From Chiloscyllium plagiosum (Eukaryota), in contig NC_057720.1 of assembly GCF_004010195.1 (NCBI RefSeq), positions 30,255,579-30,319,578 on the forward strand: 64,000 bases of DNA, written 5' to 3'. Positions 50,212 through 62,632 of this stretch are shown piece after piece. Position 1 is the stretch's first letter. Each line of letters opens with the position of its first letter. Below the pieces are notes generated by a model. That model was not told the origin of the DNA. It saw nothing but the letters and a program-made list of their open reading frames with translations, and did no database searches. The position numbers were made by a program, and so were the translations under genes.

Positions 50212-51199
50212 TGTTATGAAGGTATAGTGTATATTGTACCTTTAACAGAGAGTTGAAGGTGGCATGGACCTAGAGAGGCACAGAGTGCTGAAAAAATTAA
50301 AAATTAAAAATTCACATTTGCTTGCGAAACAAATAGCTGGAACTGCATTGCCATGTTACACAACTTGGCCAATCAATTTAAATTATCCCCCATGATACCA
50401 AAATCCAATCAAATTTGAATTTTAATGTTTTGGATGACATCCAACCAATGAAATGGTCCGATGTTTTGAGGTATATAAAATCAGACATTTTGAACAGTTA
50501 GCCAGAGCGTTAAAGGGCACCAACAAATGAAGATATGGGCTGCAGAGCCTTGCTCTGAAAAGGTATCTTTTCATTAAAAAATTGTGAAGCAGAAGACTGA
50601 AGAAAAGACCCAGGAAAGTACAGATGAAGATGCTAAGGGAAAAGCGACAACTGGCTGGTTTTGAAATTTGACTTTTTTTTGTAAATCTTAATAGAGTTTG
50701 TATTGGACCAGTGTTGTAGAGTGGGAGGTAAAAGATAGGTTTAAGAGAAAGGAGTTGTAAATTTTTGTGATCTAAGCATTCTCTTTTGGACTTAAAGAAT
50801 AAAACTGTTAAATTTTTCTTTAGTGATATTTGGGTTAGTTCTTTGCCACTCAAAATTTAACAGATTATGGCATGAGGTGAGCTTTTAGAGTCATAGAGAT
50901 GTACGGCATGGAAACAGACCCTTCGGTCCAACCCGTCCATGCTGACCAGATCCCAACCCAATCTAGTCCCACCTGCCAGCACCTGGCCCATATCCCTCCA
51001 AACCCTTTCTATTCATATACCCATCCAAATGTACCCAGCCTCTTAAATGTTGCAATTGTACCAGCCTCCACCACATCCTCTGGCAGCTCATTCCATTCAC
51101 GTACCACCCTCTGTGTGAAAAAGTTGCCCCTTAGGTCTCTTTTATATCTTCTGTGTGGCTGGTTTAAATTAGCAGAAGGGTTTACCCCTTGTCGTAACA
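50212..51199 (+). mobile_element. Probable solo LTR (TG...CA) with a nested minus-strand CR1 3' fragment (~50887-51150)
   Basis: Starts TGTTATGAA and ends TCGTAACA (short terminal inverted repeat); internal AATAAA; interrupts an older PLE relic. Confidence 0.55.
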
Positions 51200-51934
51200 G
51201 TTTTTTCTGTTCTTGTTTGTGATCAGGCCAGACAGTGTCCCTACTTCTGGGCCAGTAGACCCATTTTCAAGTCCCAACCTGATCCAGAGGTTTGTAATAG
51301 CAAGTCTGAACAGGCAAGTTAGAAAATATCTATAACTCTAATGGTGCACCATTGGTCACATGCCTAACCTACTTCAGGAAGGCATGAATAGTCTTTATGG
51401 TGAATGATATGACAATCATCTCAAAAGCTAAAAAGTAACTGAAGATATTCCATTTAGTACAGAAGAAACAATGGCAACATTTTTGAAATACATAGATGAA
51501 AAGTGAGAACTGCAGGAATCTATTTCATACTTGGAAAAATAATAGGGACATTGCTATCTGCAGCTCTTCCAGTGCATTGCTACCTAACCTTGATTGACAA
51601 AATATGCTAGAACTCAGAAACTCTAATTTCTAGCTTTACACAGGAGTTTCCCAAAATTCAATATGGGAGATAATATCCAAGCTTTCTGTCTCAAACCTAA
51701 ACCTACATCTTCCATTTTAGTACTGTTATTGTTCAAATCGCTTTTGATGAGCTTCAAACAGATTCCAAATAGATTGGCTGCTTTTCTTAAGCAGTTTTGG
51801 GTGTGTATTTGAATGGATATTAAGAACAGCATGTTGTTGAATGTGAAATATTGATTATAAATCTTAAAAGGATAGCAATAAGTATAGTGTCATACGAGGA
51901 GGATAACACCTTTTGAAACCTTTATCATTGCCTC

Positions 51935-52225
51935 ACAGTGGTTCAGTGGTTAGCACCCGGACCTGAGTTCGATTCCCTGCCTTGGGCAACTGTCTGTGTG
52001 GAGTTTGCACATTCCCCGAATGTCTATGCGGGTTTCCGCCGGATGATCTGGTTTCCTTCCACGGTCCAAAGATGTACAGGTCAGGTGAATTGGCCATTTT
52101 AAATTGCCCGTAGTGTTAGGTGCATTAGTCAAGGGGGAGAATGGGTCTGGGTGGGTTGCTCTTTGGAGGGTCCGTGTGGACTTGTTAGGCTGAAGGGCCT
52201 GTTTCCAGACTGTAAGGAATCTAAT
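51935..52225 (+). mobile_element. HE1-type SINE
   Basis: CAGTGGTTAGCAC...GTTCGATTCC head and conserved GTGTGGAGTTTGCACATTC body. Confidence 0.85.
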
Positions 52226-54547
52226 TTTTAAAAATTAACAGTAACAAACATTGGCAAGACAGTGCAATCATTGCCCCCACTATCTGGAGAATTCTGTTTG
52301 GACTTTTTTAAGATAGGTGCCTCCATTTTGTTGCTTCCCTCTCCAAGTGTTTATGCAACACTCACCTGATCATGCAGGGCACCCTTCTGCTCAGCCACTC
52401 CAAATGAACCCACGTTTGTTTCTCTTACTGGGAAAAAAATTAATTGTTTTACCGTAGATGGTGTATACAAATATTCTGCACTTGAGAGAGGAGAAAACCC
52501 ACCACTATATCTCAGTAACAGGTGGATAGCAATAATTGAAACCATAGCAATGAATGGTCACATTCAAACTTACAAATAAACCTTACTAAAGGCACAATGG
52601 CCAGTCTTACAATTCATTTTCTTTAAATATTGTAGTGAAACTTTCTGCATGCTTCATGAATGTGCTAGAAGAGTTCAAGCTGTTGACGTTTGTAACAATT
52701 GTATTTGTAGTGCAGTTGGAAAGCTAAATTTTTAAACTTTTTTTGAAGAGAGGAATGGCACATTTGACCTTTTGAAGTCAAAGAGCCTAGTTGGACATCC
52801 CAAAGGAGTTTCAGAGCCAGCGGAAGGAAGGGAAAGCCACATTTCCTCAGTTTCACCACAAGTGACTATTGTCTTCTTCAAAGTAGCCATATTGTGGGGA
52901 ATGAAAACAAAAATGACAAGTCTTGGCAGCATGTATGGAAGGAAAAATAAAGTTAATGCTTGTAGCCCAGTATGGTCCCGAAACATTAACTCTCCCTATG
53001 GAGTGGCTGCTAACCTGCTGAGTTTCTCCAGTTTCATTTCAGATACTCCAACATCCAGTGTTTGGCTTTTGAATAGAATAGGAATTTATTGCCATTTGTT
53101 TTTAACAAAAAAATTAGTGAGAAGTGTTTAAGTCACCAACTCCACCACCTAAAATGAATAACAGCAATTGTATATAAAAAATTCAAGGCAAAGTCCATCT
53201 CTGTTCAATTCTCGGCTCATCGGTCCCCAAGGTTGAGGAAAAGACAGGAATCACATTCTCCGCTGTCACAGAAAGCTGCCATGGAAGCTACCGAATCTTG
53301 GGCTGGACACCAAGTTGCTGAAGATATCACAGAAGCTGCCTCAAGGACCCCCTTTGTCACCAAAGCAACAGCTGAAGTAGACCACCACACCTGGAGAAGC
53401 TAAGTTCATTTTCATTAGATCAATAATTCTGTGCTTGAAGTGTTGGCCTCAAGCACTCATGCTCAAAGATATCTGTTGTTTGAATCACTTCAGCATTGTA
53501 CTTCAGTACAATAAGGGTACAAAGTCATTCATTAGATCACATTCCTATACTTTTCAATTTCATACAATTCTTACTTTGCAAGTAAGCAGTTTAAATCGAA
53601 TAAATCAAAAAGTTCAATCTCATCAGACAGCTGTGATTCTGCTGGCATTCAAAATTTTAGAAGTTTAAAAAGAAAAATCAATGAACAACAGGCCAATGAG
53701 AATTACCAGTGTGAGGTCCAAGTTATTATATCTGTGGCATATTACCACAACACATGCTCTGAAAGTGAGATGAGGATCTGGGTGATGATTGATTAAGTTA
53801 ACCCCCTCTCATCTCTATGAACTGCAATAAAACTGTTCTCTGCCAGTTAGAGTGGTCAGAGCAGAATGAATTTAGAGCAGTGTTCATACAGACTGCAGTT
53901 ACTTAATGCTCACCACATGCTCATTCTGAAACAGTGTTTTCTCTCAAAGGGTTCCAGGGTGGCTTGTGTAGGAAATGATCTGATAGAGTGGTAGGTGTTC
54001 AATTGATGTTTGAATTGAGTCACATTGTTGAGTAAAGTGGGTTGTGTTTTATCCTTTAATTAACTAATACTACACTTGACCTGGCATTTTAATGAGGTTT
54101 TATACATTAAATATTTCTGCCAGAGAATTCCAGAAAACCAAAAAGATCTGAGATTCATCAGGAAGGTGCTATCTAGGTCACATTACTCACTCCTGTGTGT
54201 CTAAAAACAATGTATGTTTAGCCTGGTTAGGAGACATTTGTGAGTGTTTAATAAAAGGTGAACAAATCACTTTGAAAGAATCATATTCCAATCAAATTCT
54301 AGCTGTCATCTATTTGGTATTTTATACTGGGGACACCTTTTCTGCAGCTCAGCCAACAGAGGGGCAACATAATGGTGAAAACATGAGATAGATTAAATTG
54401 CAATTCACAGGCTATTCAACATTTGTCCCATCTGATTAAACACCACACAAAAGGCAAGGTTTGTTGGCAGAAACCCTTAAGTAGTGAGTGCTTAAAGACA
54501 GGTAGTGAAAGCATTCAAACAAATTACTTAACCGAAATCTAACTAAC

Positions 54548-55045
54548 TCAGGTGTGATCAGGATTCATTGTTTCCAAAAGTAATTTTACTATTCGCAGCT
54601 TCCCAGCTATGATCATAGCTCTGGAGAGTTTTAAAATCTTTGGCATATGGTTTCGGCAAATTAAGCGCAGTTCCTGTCGGACTCTCTCCATTTGATACTT
54701 TGCCTCAGCTTTTTCTACCCAGATTTCCACCTCACGGATGACCATTTCCTCACTGGATTTCTCCTGGATGAACAGTGACAAAAGCGATTCAATGAGGCAG
54801 CGGAATGTCTCAGAGTACTGGGATCCTACATCATCAAGTTCAATTGCTTGCTTGAAGCACTCAACTGCATTGTGCTCCTCCCCTTTGACCTGTAAACACT
54901 TCCCTCTCAGCAACTGGATCTCGGGCAGCGTGTCTCCCATGTCAAGCTCCATGGCTTTGGCAAAGAAAACTAAAGCATTGTTTAGTGCATTCTCATCCAC
55001 CAACTGGAGTTCTTGCACAGCATCAACACCCATGTAGTAACAAAC
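54548..55045 (-). CDS. TTC22: TTC22 last coding exon
   Basis: VCYYMGVDAVQELQLVDENALNNALVFFAKA...LPEIQLLRGKCL...LLLETMNPDHT*; acceptor taacag. PARS2-TTC22 adjacency is also seen in human 1p32. Confidence 0.92.
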   Translation of the reverse strand, partial: VCYYMGVDAVQELQLVDENALNNALVFFAKAMELDMGDTLPEIQLLRGKCLQVKGEEHNAVECFKQAIELDDVGSQYSETFRCLIESLLSLFIQEKSSEEMVIREVEIWVEKAEAKYQMERVRQELRLICRNHMPKILKLSRAMIIAGKLRIVKLLLETMNPDHT

Positions 55046-55444
55046 CTGTTAGCAATACAGAAATAGGTTATTAATCCAAAAGGAGCAATGAAATTGAACT
55101 TGGGTGGCAGTGCATTTCAAGACTATAAACAAATTTACATATCTAGAAAAGTTCATAATCCACAAGAGGTCCAACAGTTTGAGAGTCATCAGTTTAGTAT
55201 ACAACAAATATTTGTGGGAACTTTTTAAAAAATGCATTCAAGGGATGAGGGCATTAGTGGCTCGGCCAGCATTTATTGCTCATCCCAGAGTGCAGTTGAG
55301 TCAACCACATTGTTGGAGGTCTGGAGTCACGTATAGGTCTGACACATAGATAAGGTTTGCAGTTTCCTTCCCTTAAAGACATTAGTGAACCAGATAGGTT
55401 TTTTTTCCCCCAACAATTCACAATATATTCACGGTCATCATTTA

Positions 55445-55770
55445 GGTGGCATGGTGGCTCAGTGGTTAGCACTGCTGCCTCTCAACATCAGGGACCTGGG
55501 TTCGATTCCCATCACGGGCAATTGTCTGTGTGGAGCTTGCACGTTCTCCTTGTGTCCACTGGGTTTCGTCTGGGTGTTCCGTTTCCTCCCACGGTCCAAA
55601 GATGTGCAGGTTAGGTGAATTGGCTATGCTAAATTGCTCACAGTGTTAGGTACATTCGTCAAGGGTAAATATAGGGTAGGGGAATGGGTGTGGGTGGGTT
55701 ACTCTTTGGAGGGTCAGTGTAGACTTGTTGGGCCGAAGAGCTTGTTTCCATACTGTAGGGAATCTAGTCT
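55445..55770 (+). mobile_element. HE1-type SINE
   Basis: GGTGGCTCAGTGGTTAGCACTG...GGTTCGATTCC head; tail shared with CR1. Confidence 0.85.
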
Positions 55771-55875
55771 AGTTATTAGACTCCTAATTCTAGATTTGTA
55801 TTGACTTCCACCATCTGCCATGGCATGATTTGAACCCAGGTCCCCAGAACATTACCTGGGTCTTTGTATTAACAG

Positions 55876-57463
55876 TGAAGAGTGTGCTGCTGGGAAAGTA
55901 CAGCAGGTCAGGCAGCATCCGATGAGCAGGACAATCAACGTTTCAGGCATAAGCCCTTCATCAGGAATGAGGCTTGTAGTCCAGGGCTAAGAGATAAATT
56001 GGGGGGGGGGTTGGGATGGAAGGTAGCTGAGAAAGTGATAGGTGGGTGAAGGTGAGGGAGAGGTGATAGGTCAGAGGGGGAGTGATGATGGACAGGTCAG
56101 GTGGGTGGTGCTGAGTTGGCGGCTTGGAACTGGGATAATTTTGGATAGGGAAAATGAGGAAACTGTTGAAATCCACATTTATCCCGTGTGGTTGCAGGGT
56201 CCCAAAGCAAAATATAAGGTGTTCCTCCTTCAGGGGTTGGGTGGTAATGGTTGGTGGAGGAGCCCAAGGCCACAGGCATCTATTACAAGCTCACTGACTC
56301 CCACAGCTACCTAGACTACACTTCCTCCCACCCTACCTCCTGCAAAAATGCCATGCCTTATTCCCAATTCCTCTACTTCTGCAGCATCTGTTCCCAGGAT
56401 GACCAATTCCACCTCAGAGAGTCCCAGATGGCATCCTTCCATGATCGCAACTTCTCTTCCCACGTGGTTGACAATGCCCTCCAGCGCATCTCCTCCACTT
56501 CATGCACCACTGCCCTTGAACCCCACCCTTCCCAATGCAACAAGGACAGAACCACCCCCCGGTCCTCAACTTCCACCCCACCAACCTCCGCATACATTGC
56601 ATCATCCTCCGCCACTTCCACCACCAAAAATATATTTCCCTCCCCACCCCTATCAGCGTTCCAGAGAGACCATTCCCTCCATGACTCCCTCGTCAGGTCC
56701 ACATCCCCCACCAGCCCACACCTCACTCCTGGCACCTCTCCCTGCCACTGCAGGAAGTGCCAAACCTGCACCCCCACCACACCTCTCACATCCATCCAAG
56801 GCCCCAAGGGATCCTTCCACATCCAAGAGAAATTTACCTGTACCTCTACCATTGTCATCTACTGCATCTGTTGCACCCAGTGTAGTCTCCCCTACATCAG
56901 GGAGACAAGGACGCCTTCTTGCGGATCATTTCAGGGAACATCTCTGAGACACCTGCATCTACCAACCCCACCGCCCCGTGGCTGAAAACTTCAACTCCCC
57001 CTCCCACTTCGTCAAGGACATGAGGGTCCTGGGCCTCCTCCACCGCCAAACCATTACCACCTGACGCCTCGAGGAGGAGCGCCTCATATTCCACCTTGGG
57101 ACCTTGCAACCAGACAGGATTAATGTGGATTTCAACAGCTTTCTAATTTCTCCATCCCCCACATTATCCCAGTCCAAAACCTCCAACTCGGAACCGCCAT
57201 CCGGACCTGTCCATTACTCCCCCCTGACCTATCGCCACCTCCCTCACCTTCACCCTCCTATCGCTTTCTCAACTACCTTCCCCCCCCAACCCCACCCCGC
57301 CTTCCATTTATCTCTCAGTCCCAGCCCACAAGCTTCATTCCTGATGAAGGGCTTATGACTGAAGTGCAATTCTCCTGCACCTCGGATGCTGCCTAACCTG
57401 CTGTGTTTTCCCATCACCACACTCTCGACTCTGATCTCCAGCATCTGCAGTCCTCACTTTCTC
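55876..57463 (+). mobile_element. Penelope-like element (family A) with inverted 5' part, RT-thumb/GIY-YIG remnants and hammerhead-bearing pseudo-LTRs
   Basis: TGIYYKLTDSHSYLDYTSSHPTSCKNAMPYSQF; PCHCRKCQTC; FTCTSTIVIYCICCTQC. 55880-56270 is inverted at ~57025-57425. Diverged 16-bp TSD (55860-55875 / 57464-57479). Confidence 0.9.
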
Positions 57464-58260
57464 GTCTCTGGAATAACAGCCCAGCCTAGGCCATTGCCTC
57501 CTGATCAACCATTTTATGATTGTGTAACTAGGTGATGCTTTTTTTTTTAGGAGAAAGACTGTTAAAGGCTACACTACTTACTGTTAATCTGATTGCAACT
57601 GGGTAAGAAGCTAAAAATGTGGCTGCTACAAGTCACCTGACTGTGCAACTGCAAGTTCTACAAGGATCTCACAGAAACGTGCACAAACATGTAAAAACTC
57701 ATGGTGACTCATTGCAACAATGTAAATTGGGCATTGACCACACCTAAGACTTAGAACCACAATTTCTCCCTTCAACTCTATTTTGATTTAGTACCCTCCC
57801 TCCCTTCCTACTCTGTCCTTTTTTTTGTTGTTATTAATTGTTATTTGTTTAGTGGGTAAATTGAGAGATTAAGTGGTGGGTTAATTTAAAAAGTTCCTTC
57901 CTCTGGGTGAAGAGGCCCAGGCTCAAGTCCCGAGGTGTGTAACAATATCTCTGAACACATCGATTAGAAAACATCTTTTACAAAAAAAAAAGTAGGAGAA
58001 AAGAGTTGTCCCTGAAATGTGTCACTGCATAGGTCACTTGATAACAGTGGCCATTCTACCTTGTCAACTATGAATGACTCAAAAAGGTAAGCTGTCTAGA
58101 CAGAGAGTTTCTATCGAGACATACAGAGAGAGATAAAAAAGGGATTCTCTCCAAGAGTCAACTGTCCTTTGTAAAAAAATACTAATTATCCAATTACAGA
58201 AGCCACCACAGCTACTGGATATGACTTCAAGTCTTAATCTCTTAAACAAAGAACTCAAAC

Positions 58261-58809
58261 GTTGTGGTTCTGTTCGCCGAGCTGGAAGATTTTGTTGCAA
58301 ACATTTCGTCCCCTGGCTAGGCGACTGCCCTATGATAGTAGTGTTGTCTCAGTCGAATTCATGTTGCTTGTTGTCTGCGTGTGTGGCTACTAAGGATAGC
58401 TGGTCGTGTCGTTTCGTGGCTAGTTGATGTTCATGTATGCGGATTGTTAGCTGTCTTCCTGTTTGTCCTATATAGTGTTTAGTGCAGTCCTTGCATTTTG
58501 TATTTTGTACACTACATTAGTTTTGCTCATGTTGGGTATCGGGTCCTTCGTTCTGGTGAGTTGTTGTCTGAGCGTGGCTGTTGGTTTGTGTGCCGTTATG
58601 AGTCCTAGGGGTCGCAGTAGTCTGGCGGTCAGTTCTGAGATGCTCCTATAAACACCGGAGGAAACATCAAAGAAGTGCTTCGCAGGAGGCTCCCAAGCAC
58701 TGATGATGTCGCCTAGCCAGGGGACGAAACGTTTGCAACAAAAACTTCCAGCTCGGCGAACAGAACCACAACAACGAGCACCCGAGCTACAAATCTTCGC
58801 ACAAACTTT
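58261..58809. mobile_element. Penelope/Poseidon-type element fragment (family C) with inverted ends; 10-bp TSD GAACTCAAAC
   Basis: Minus-strand SELTARLLRPLGLITAHKPTATLRQQLTRTKDPIPNMSKTNVVYKI. 58261-58326 is inverted at ~58707-58774. TSD at 58251-58260 and 58810-58819. Confidence 0.85.
58697..58736 (+). ncRNA. Minimal type I hammerhead ribozyme motif
   Basis: GCA-CUGAUGA-U-GUCGCCU(AGCC)AGGGGAC-GAAA-CG-UU^-UGC: intact core, stem I GCA/UGC, stem II with one mismatch, palindromic ACGU stem III. Confidence 0.72.
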
Positions 58810-60093
58810 GAACTCAAACAATGGGCCTTAAGGATATATCCCACAGATTGACTGGAATTTCTACTTACAAGATTTTTTTTTGCTTGATGTGTACTTGTTT
58901 TAATCCTGGTACTTATATTTGATTAACAATTCTATCCCTTCAGAATCCTCTGTAATAACTTGCAATAAACTAACCTTTAACTTGTTTAAACAAAAGCTTG
59001 ACTGTTGGTCCGCTTTAATTTGAATCATTACAAATTAAAAAGGGGCTATGCTAGCCATATTAATCTACAGTGCACTGACCATGTGGGGCACCAAACATTA
59101 AATATAACAACAAATTTTGCTGCTAGTTGGCCGATGGCAATTTTCAAACGCAATTTCTATCATTACTTCAAATTCATTCTCAAGACCACAGAGTCAAAAG
59201 CTGAATCTATCTCAATGTGGGCAAGATCATAAACAGGACAAGATCAAGCTGAACACATTTTTATAGCCCACTGTATTTGCATTCCGTTGACTTCAAAACA
59301 ATTGTCCTGACAGAATGGGTACCTGTATTAGCTCTACTGGAACATCTTGACTAGGGGATCGTTCTAGAGCACACGAGAGTGGAATTGTACTCAGGGCACC
59401 TTGCTCTTGTTGTATGCCCTTTTGTCATATCATGTGAGTGAATCAAATTGGCTCATGACTGGCATCAGTAATGCTGAAGACCTCTGGAGGAGGCCAAGAT
59501 GAATATTTTGCATAGTACTCCAGATTGGTTGCAAATGCTTCAAGCTTCTTTTGCACTGATGTATTGCACTTCCTGTGATTGAGGTTGGTGGATTTGTGGA
59601 GCCTCCACCTCCAGTTATCTGTTTAAACACTAATGTCTAGTCACAGTCACTCTTGTGCACCCCTTACCAAACAAGACTTGCTCTCCTGGTTTGAGGGAAA
59701 TGCTGAGTTTATAGATTGCTGATGATGATGGCTCACAAAACTTCATGGATGACCAGTTTTATGCTGTGAGATTGACTCTGAATTTATTGAACACACTATA
59801 GTGCCAATTAACATTGTGGAAGGTATCGACTATGGGCAAAATGATGCTCTCGCCACAGAATTATGGGGTTGTTACTCCTTTCAAAGCTTTCATGTACAGA
59901 TGCATCTTCGATAGATAGATTAGTAGGGGAGGTTGTGGTCAGTTGTGTTTTTCCCTCTGGTCAGACTGTCCTGTTGGTGGGAGGATTCAGTGATACTGAG
60001 ATTCAGTGGAGAAGGAGTCCAGGAATATAAACATTATGCTACCTGACTGACAGAAGATAAAACCTTGACAAAGCTCAATCACACAGTACTCAC

Positions 60094-60246
60094 CTGTCCC
60101 ATATCCAGGTATGTCTTTAGACAGGGGCACACAGACAATATTAAATCCAAATCTGCTTTTGCTTTGGTTAGTAGCTGCCTGTCTGGCACTCCACTGTGAC
60201 CCATCTTGACCCGCTCAAGACCCTGAGTGTATATTTTCATATTAAT
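60094..60246 (-). CDS. TTC22: TTC22 penultimate exon (153 nt)
   Basis: INMKIYTQGLERVKMGHSGVPDRQLLTKAKADLDLILSVCPCLKTYLDMGQ; donor CAG|GTGAGT. Confidence 0.9.
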
Positions 60247-60534
60247 CTGGGGTGGGGGAGGAATGGAAGAACATCAGATATAAAGATGGCAAGAGGTTTA
60301 TCCTTTCACATCTGTCATTGGTTGAAATCCTCTATACTCTAGCTTTTCAACTCTGTACTTTTCAAACCACTCTGGTATCATGTTCTACACCCACACCCCT
60401 GTCCTTGCTGATCAACATTGGCTTCAAGTTTCATAGTATCTTCAAATTAAACATTCTGATTTTAATCCCTATCTCCATTTTCTTCGATTCCTTCGAGCAT
60501 GGACCCCACTCCAACTTTTGTCCCAATTTCAGCT

Positions 60535-61055
60535 TAGAGTCACAGAGGAATAAAGCACCAAAACAGGCCCTTTGGCCCAACTCCATGCCAGCCAGGTTTC
60601 CTAAACTGAACTAATCCCATTTACCTGCATTTGGACATGTGCCTCTAAACCTTTCCTATTCACGTCTCTATCCAAATGTCTTTTAAATATTGTAATTGTA
60701 CTTGCCTCGACAACTTCCTCTGGCAGCTTGTTCCATACATGCACTACCCTCTATGTGAACAGGTTGCCCTTCAGGTCCCTTTTAAATCTTTCCCCTCTCA
60801 CCTTAAACCTATGTCCTCTAGTTTTGCACTTCCTTACTCTGTGGAAAAGACCTTGGCTATTCACTCTATCCATGCCACCCATAATTTTATACATCTCTAT
60901 AAGCTTCCTAAGTTCCAGGGAAAACAGTTCCAACCTATCCAGCCTCTCCTTATAATTCAAATCTTAGAGTCTCGGTCACATCCTTGTAAATCTTTTTTGC
61001 ACCCTTTCCAGTTTAATAACATCCTTCCGATAGTATGGCAACCAGAATTGTGTAT
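60535..61055 (-). mobile_element. CR1 LINE 3' fragment
   Basis: YKERLDRLELFSLE...TRGHRFKVRGERFKRDLKGNLFT. Confidence 0.88.
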
Positions 61056-61669
61056 CTCCACCATTGGCATCAATGCAGAAACAGAAATTGTTGGCAAAAC
61101 TCAGCAAGTCTGGCAGCATCTGTGGAATAAAGCAAAGTTTATATTTTGAATCCGGTAACTCGTCATCAGAACAGCAGTTTCTGTTTTTGTTCCAGAACTC
61201 CAACATCCACTGTTCTTTGTTTTATTTTCATATTAATGCCTCCAGCCATCTGACCCTCCACCCACCCAAATCCTCCTGCCTGCCCAATTTGCTCTTAACT
61301 CTTAGGACTTTTCTTAAAAGTTAACTTTGCTGCTAGTTTTCATTGGCTACAACTTTGCAAAATTGCAGTGGATATTTTTTTCCACTAGGAAGGAACTGTA
61401 TAAAAACAAATAGTGGTTAAATCTAGGTGAGATTGAAACTCCATGCTCTTTGTTGACTGTAAATATGCTATGAGCCTAGTCAGCTTCAAATAGGGGCTGA
61501 GTTTTCCTTCTGTTTGATCATCATCACTAAAGTCATCTGAACCTTGTCTACAGTTTTGTTGAAAATTGAGAAAAAAATATCCTTCCTAGCTCTTGGAGGT
61601 GTACTTCGCCAGTCTTTGCTGACAACATGGTCAAGGCTAGAATTTCAAAGTTTAGAATCTCAGAATTTA

Positions 61670-62632
61670 GAGTTGGGGACCAAGTGTTGCATGTCAAAGT
61701 TCACAGATGGCATTAAGATAAGTGGTAGAGCAAAGTGTGCAGAGGACACAAAGTCTGCAGAAGGATATAGACAGGTTAACTGAGTGGGCGAGGGCCTGTC
61801 AGATGGAATACAATTTTGGTAAATGTGAGGTCATCCACTTTGGTAGGAATAATAGCAAAATGGACATAATTTAAATGGTGAAAAATTGCAGCACGCTACC
61901 ACGCAGAGGGACCTGGATGTCCTCGTACATGAATCACAAAAAGTTGGTTTCCAGGTGCAGCAGGTAATTAAGAAGGCAAATGAAATATTGTCCTTCATTG
62001 CTAGAGGAATGGAGTTTAACAATAGGGAGGTTATGCTGCAGATGTACAGGGTGCTGGTGAGGCCACACCTGAAGTATAGTTTTGGTCTCCTTACTTGAGA
62101 AAGGATGGTCTGGCAAAGGATGGGATGCAGAGAAGGTTCACTATGTTGACTCTGGAGTTGAGAGGGTTGGCTGATGAGGACAGATTGAGTAGACTAGGAC
62201 TGTACTCATTGGAATTTAGATGAATGGGGGGGGGAGGGGAGTTCTTATAGAAATATATACAATTATGAAGGGAATAGATAGATAGAAATGGGGAGGTTGT
62301 TTCCACTGGCAGGTGGAACGAGAACTAGGGGGCATAGCCTCAAAATAACGGGGAGCAGATTTAGGACTGAGTTGAGGAGGAACTTCTTCACCCAAGGGGT
62401 TGTGAATCTGTAGAACTCCCTGCTTATGAGGCAGTTGAAGCTACCACGTTGAATGTTTTTAAGGAAAGGTAGATGAACTTTTGAACAGCAAAGGAATTAA
62501 GGGTAATGGGGAATGGGCGAGTAAGTGGAGCTGAGTCCACAAAAACATCAGCCATGATCTTATTGAATGGTGGAGCCAGCTTGAGGGGCCAGTCTGCCTA
62601 CTCCTTCTCCTGTTGCTTATGTTCTTATGTTC
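61670..62632 (+). mobile_element. CR1 LINE 3' fragment
   Basis: QRDLDVLVHESQKV...YRVLVRPHL; RRNFFTQ; TTCTTATG tail. Confidence 0.88.

Noticed and set aside
54548-55033. ORF-track 161-aa ORF as a standalone gene; likewise 14713-14910, 15923-16267, 27928-28242 and 63228-63569
   Set aside because: These are exons of spliced genes; the listed starts are internal or intronic.
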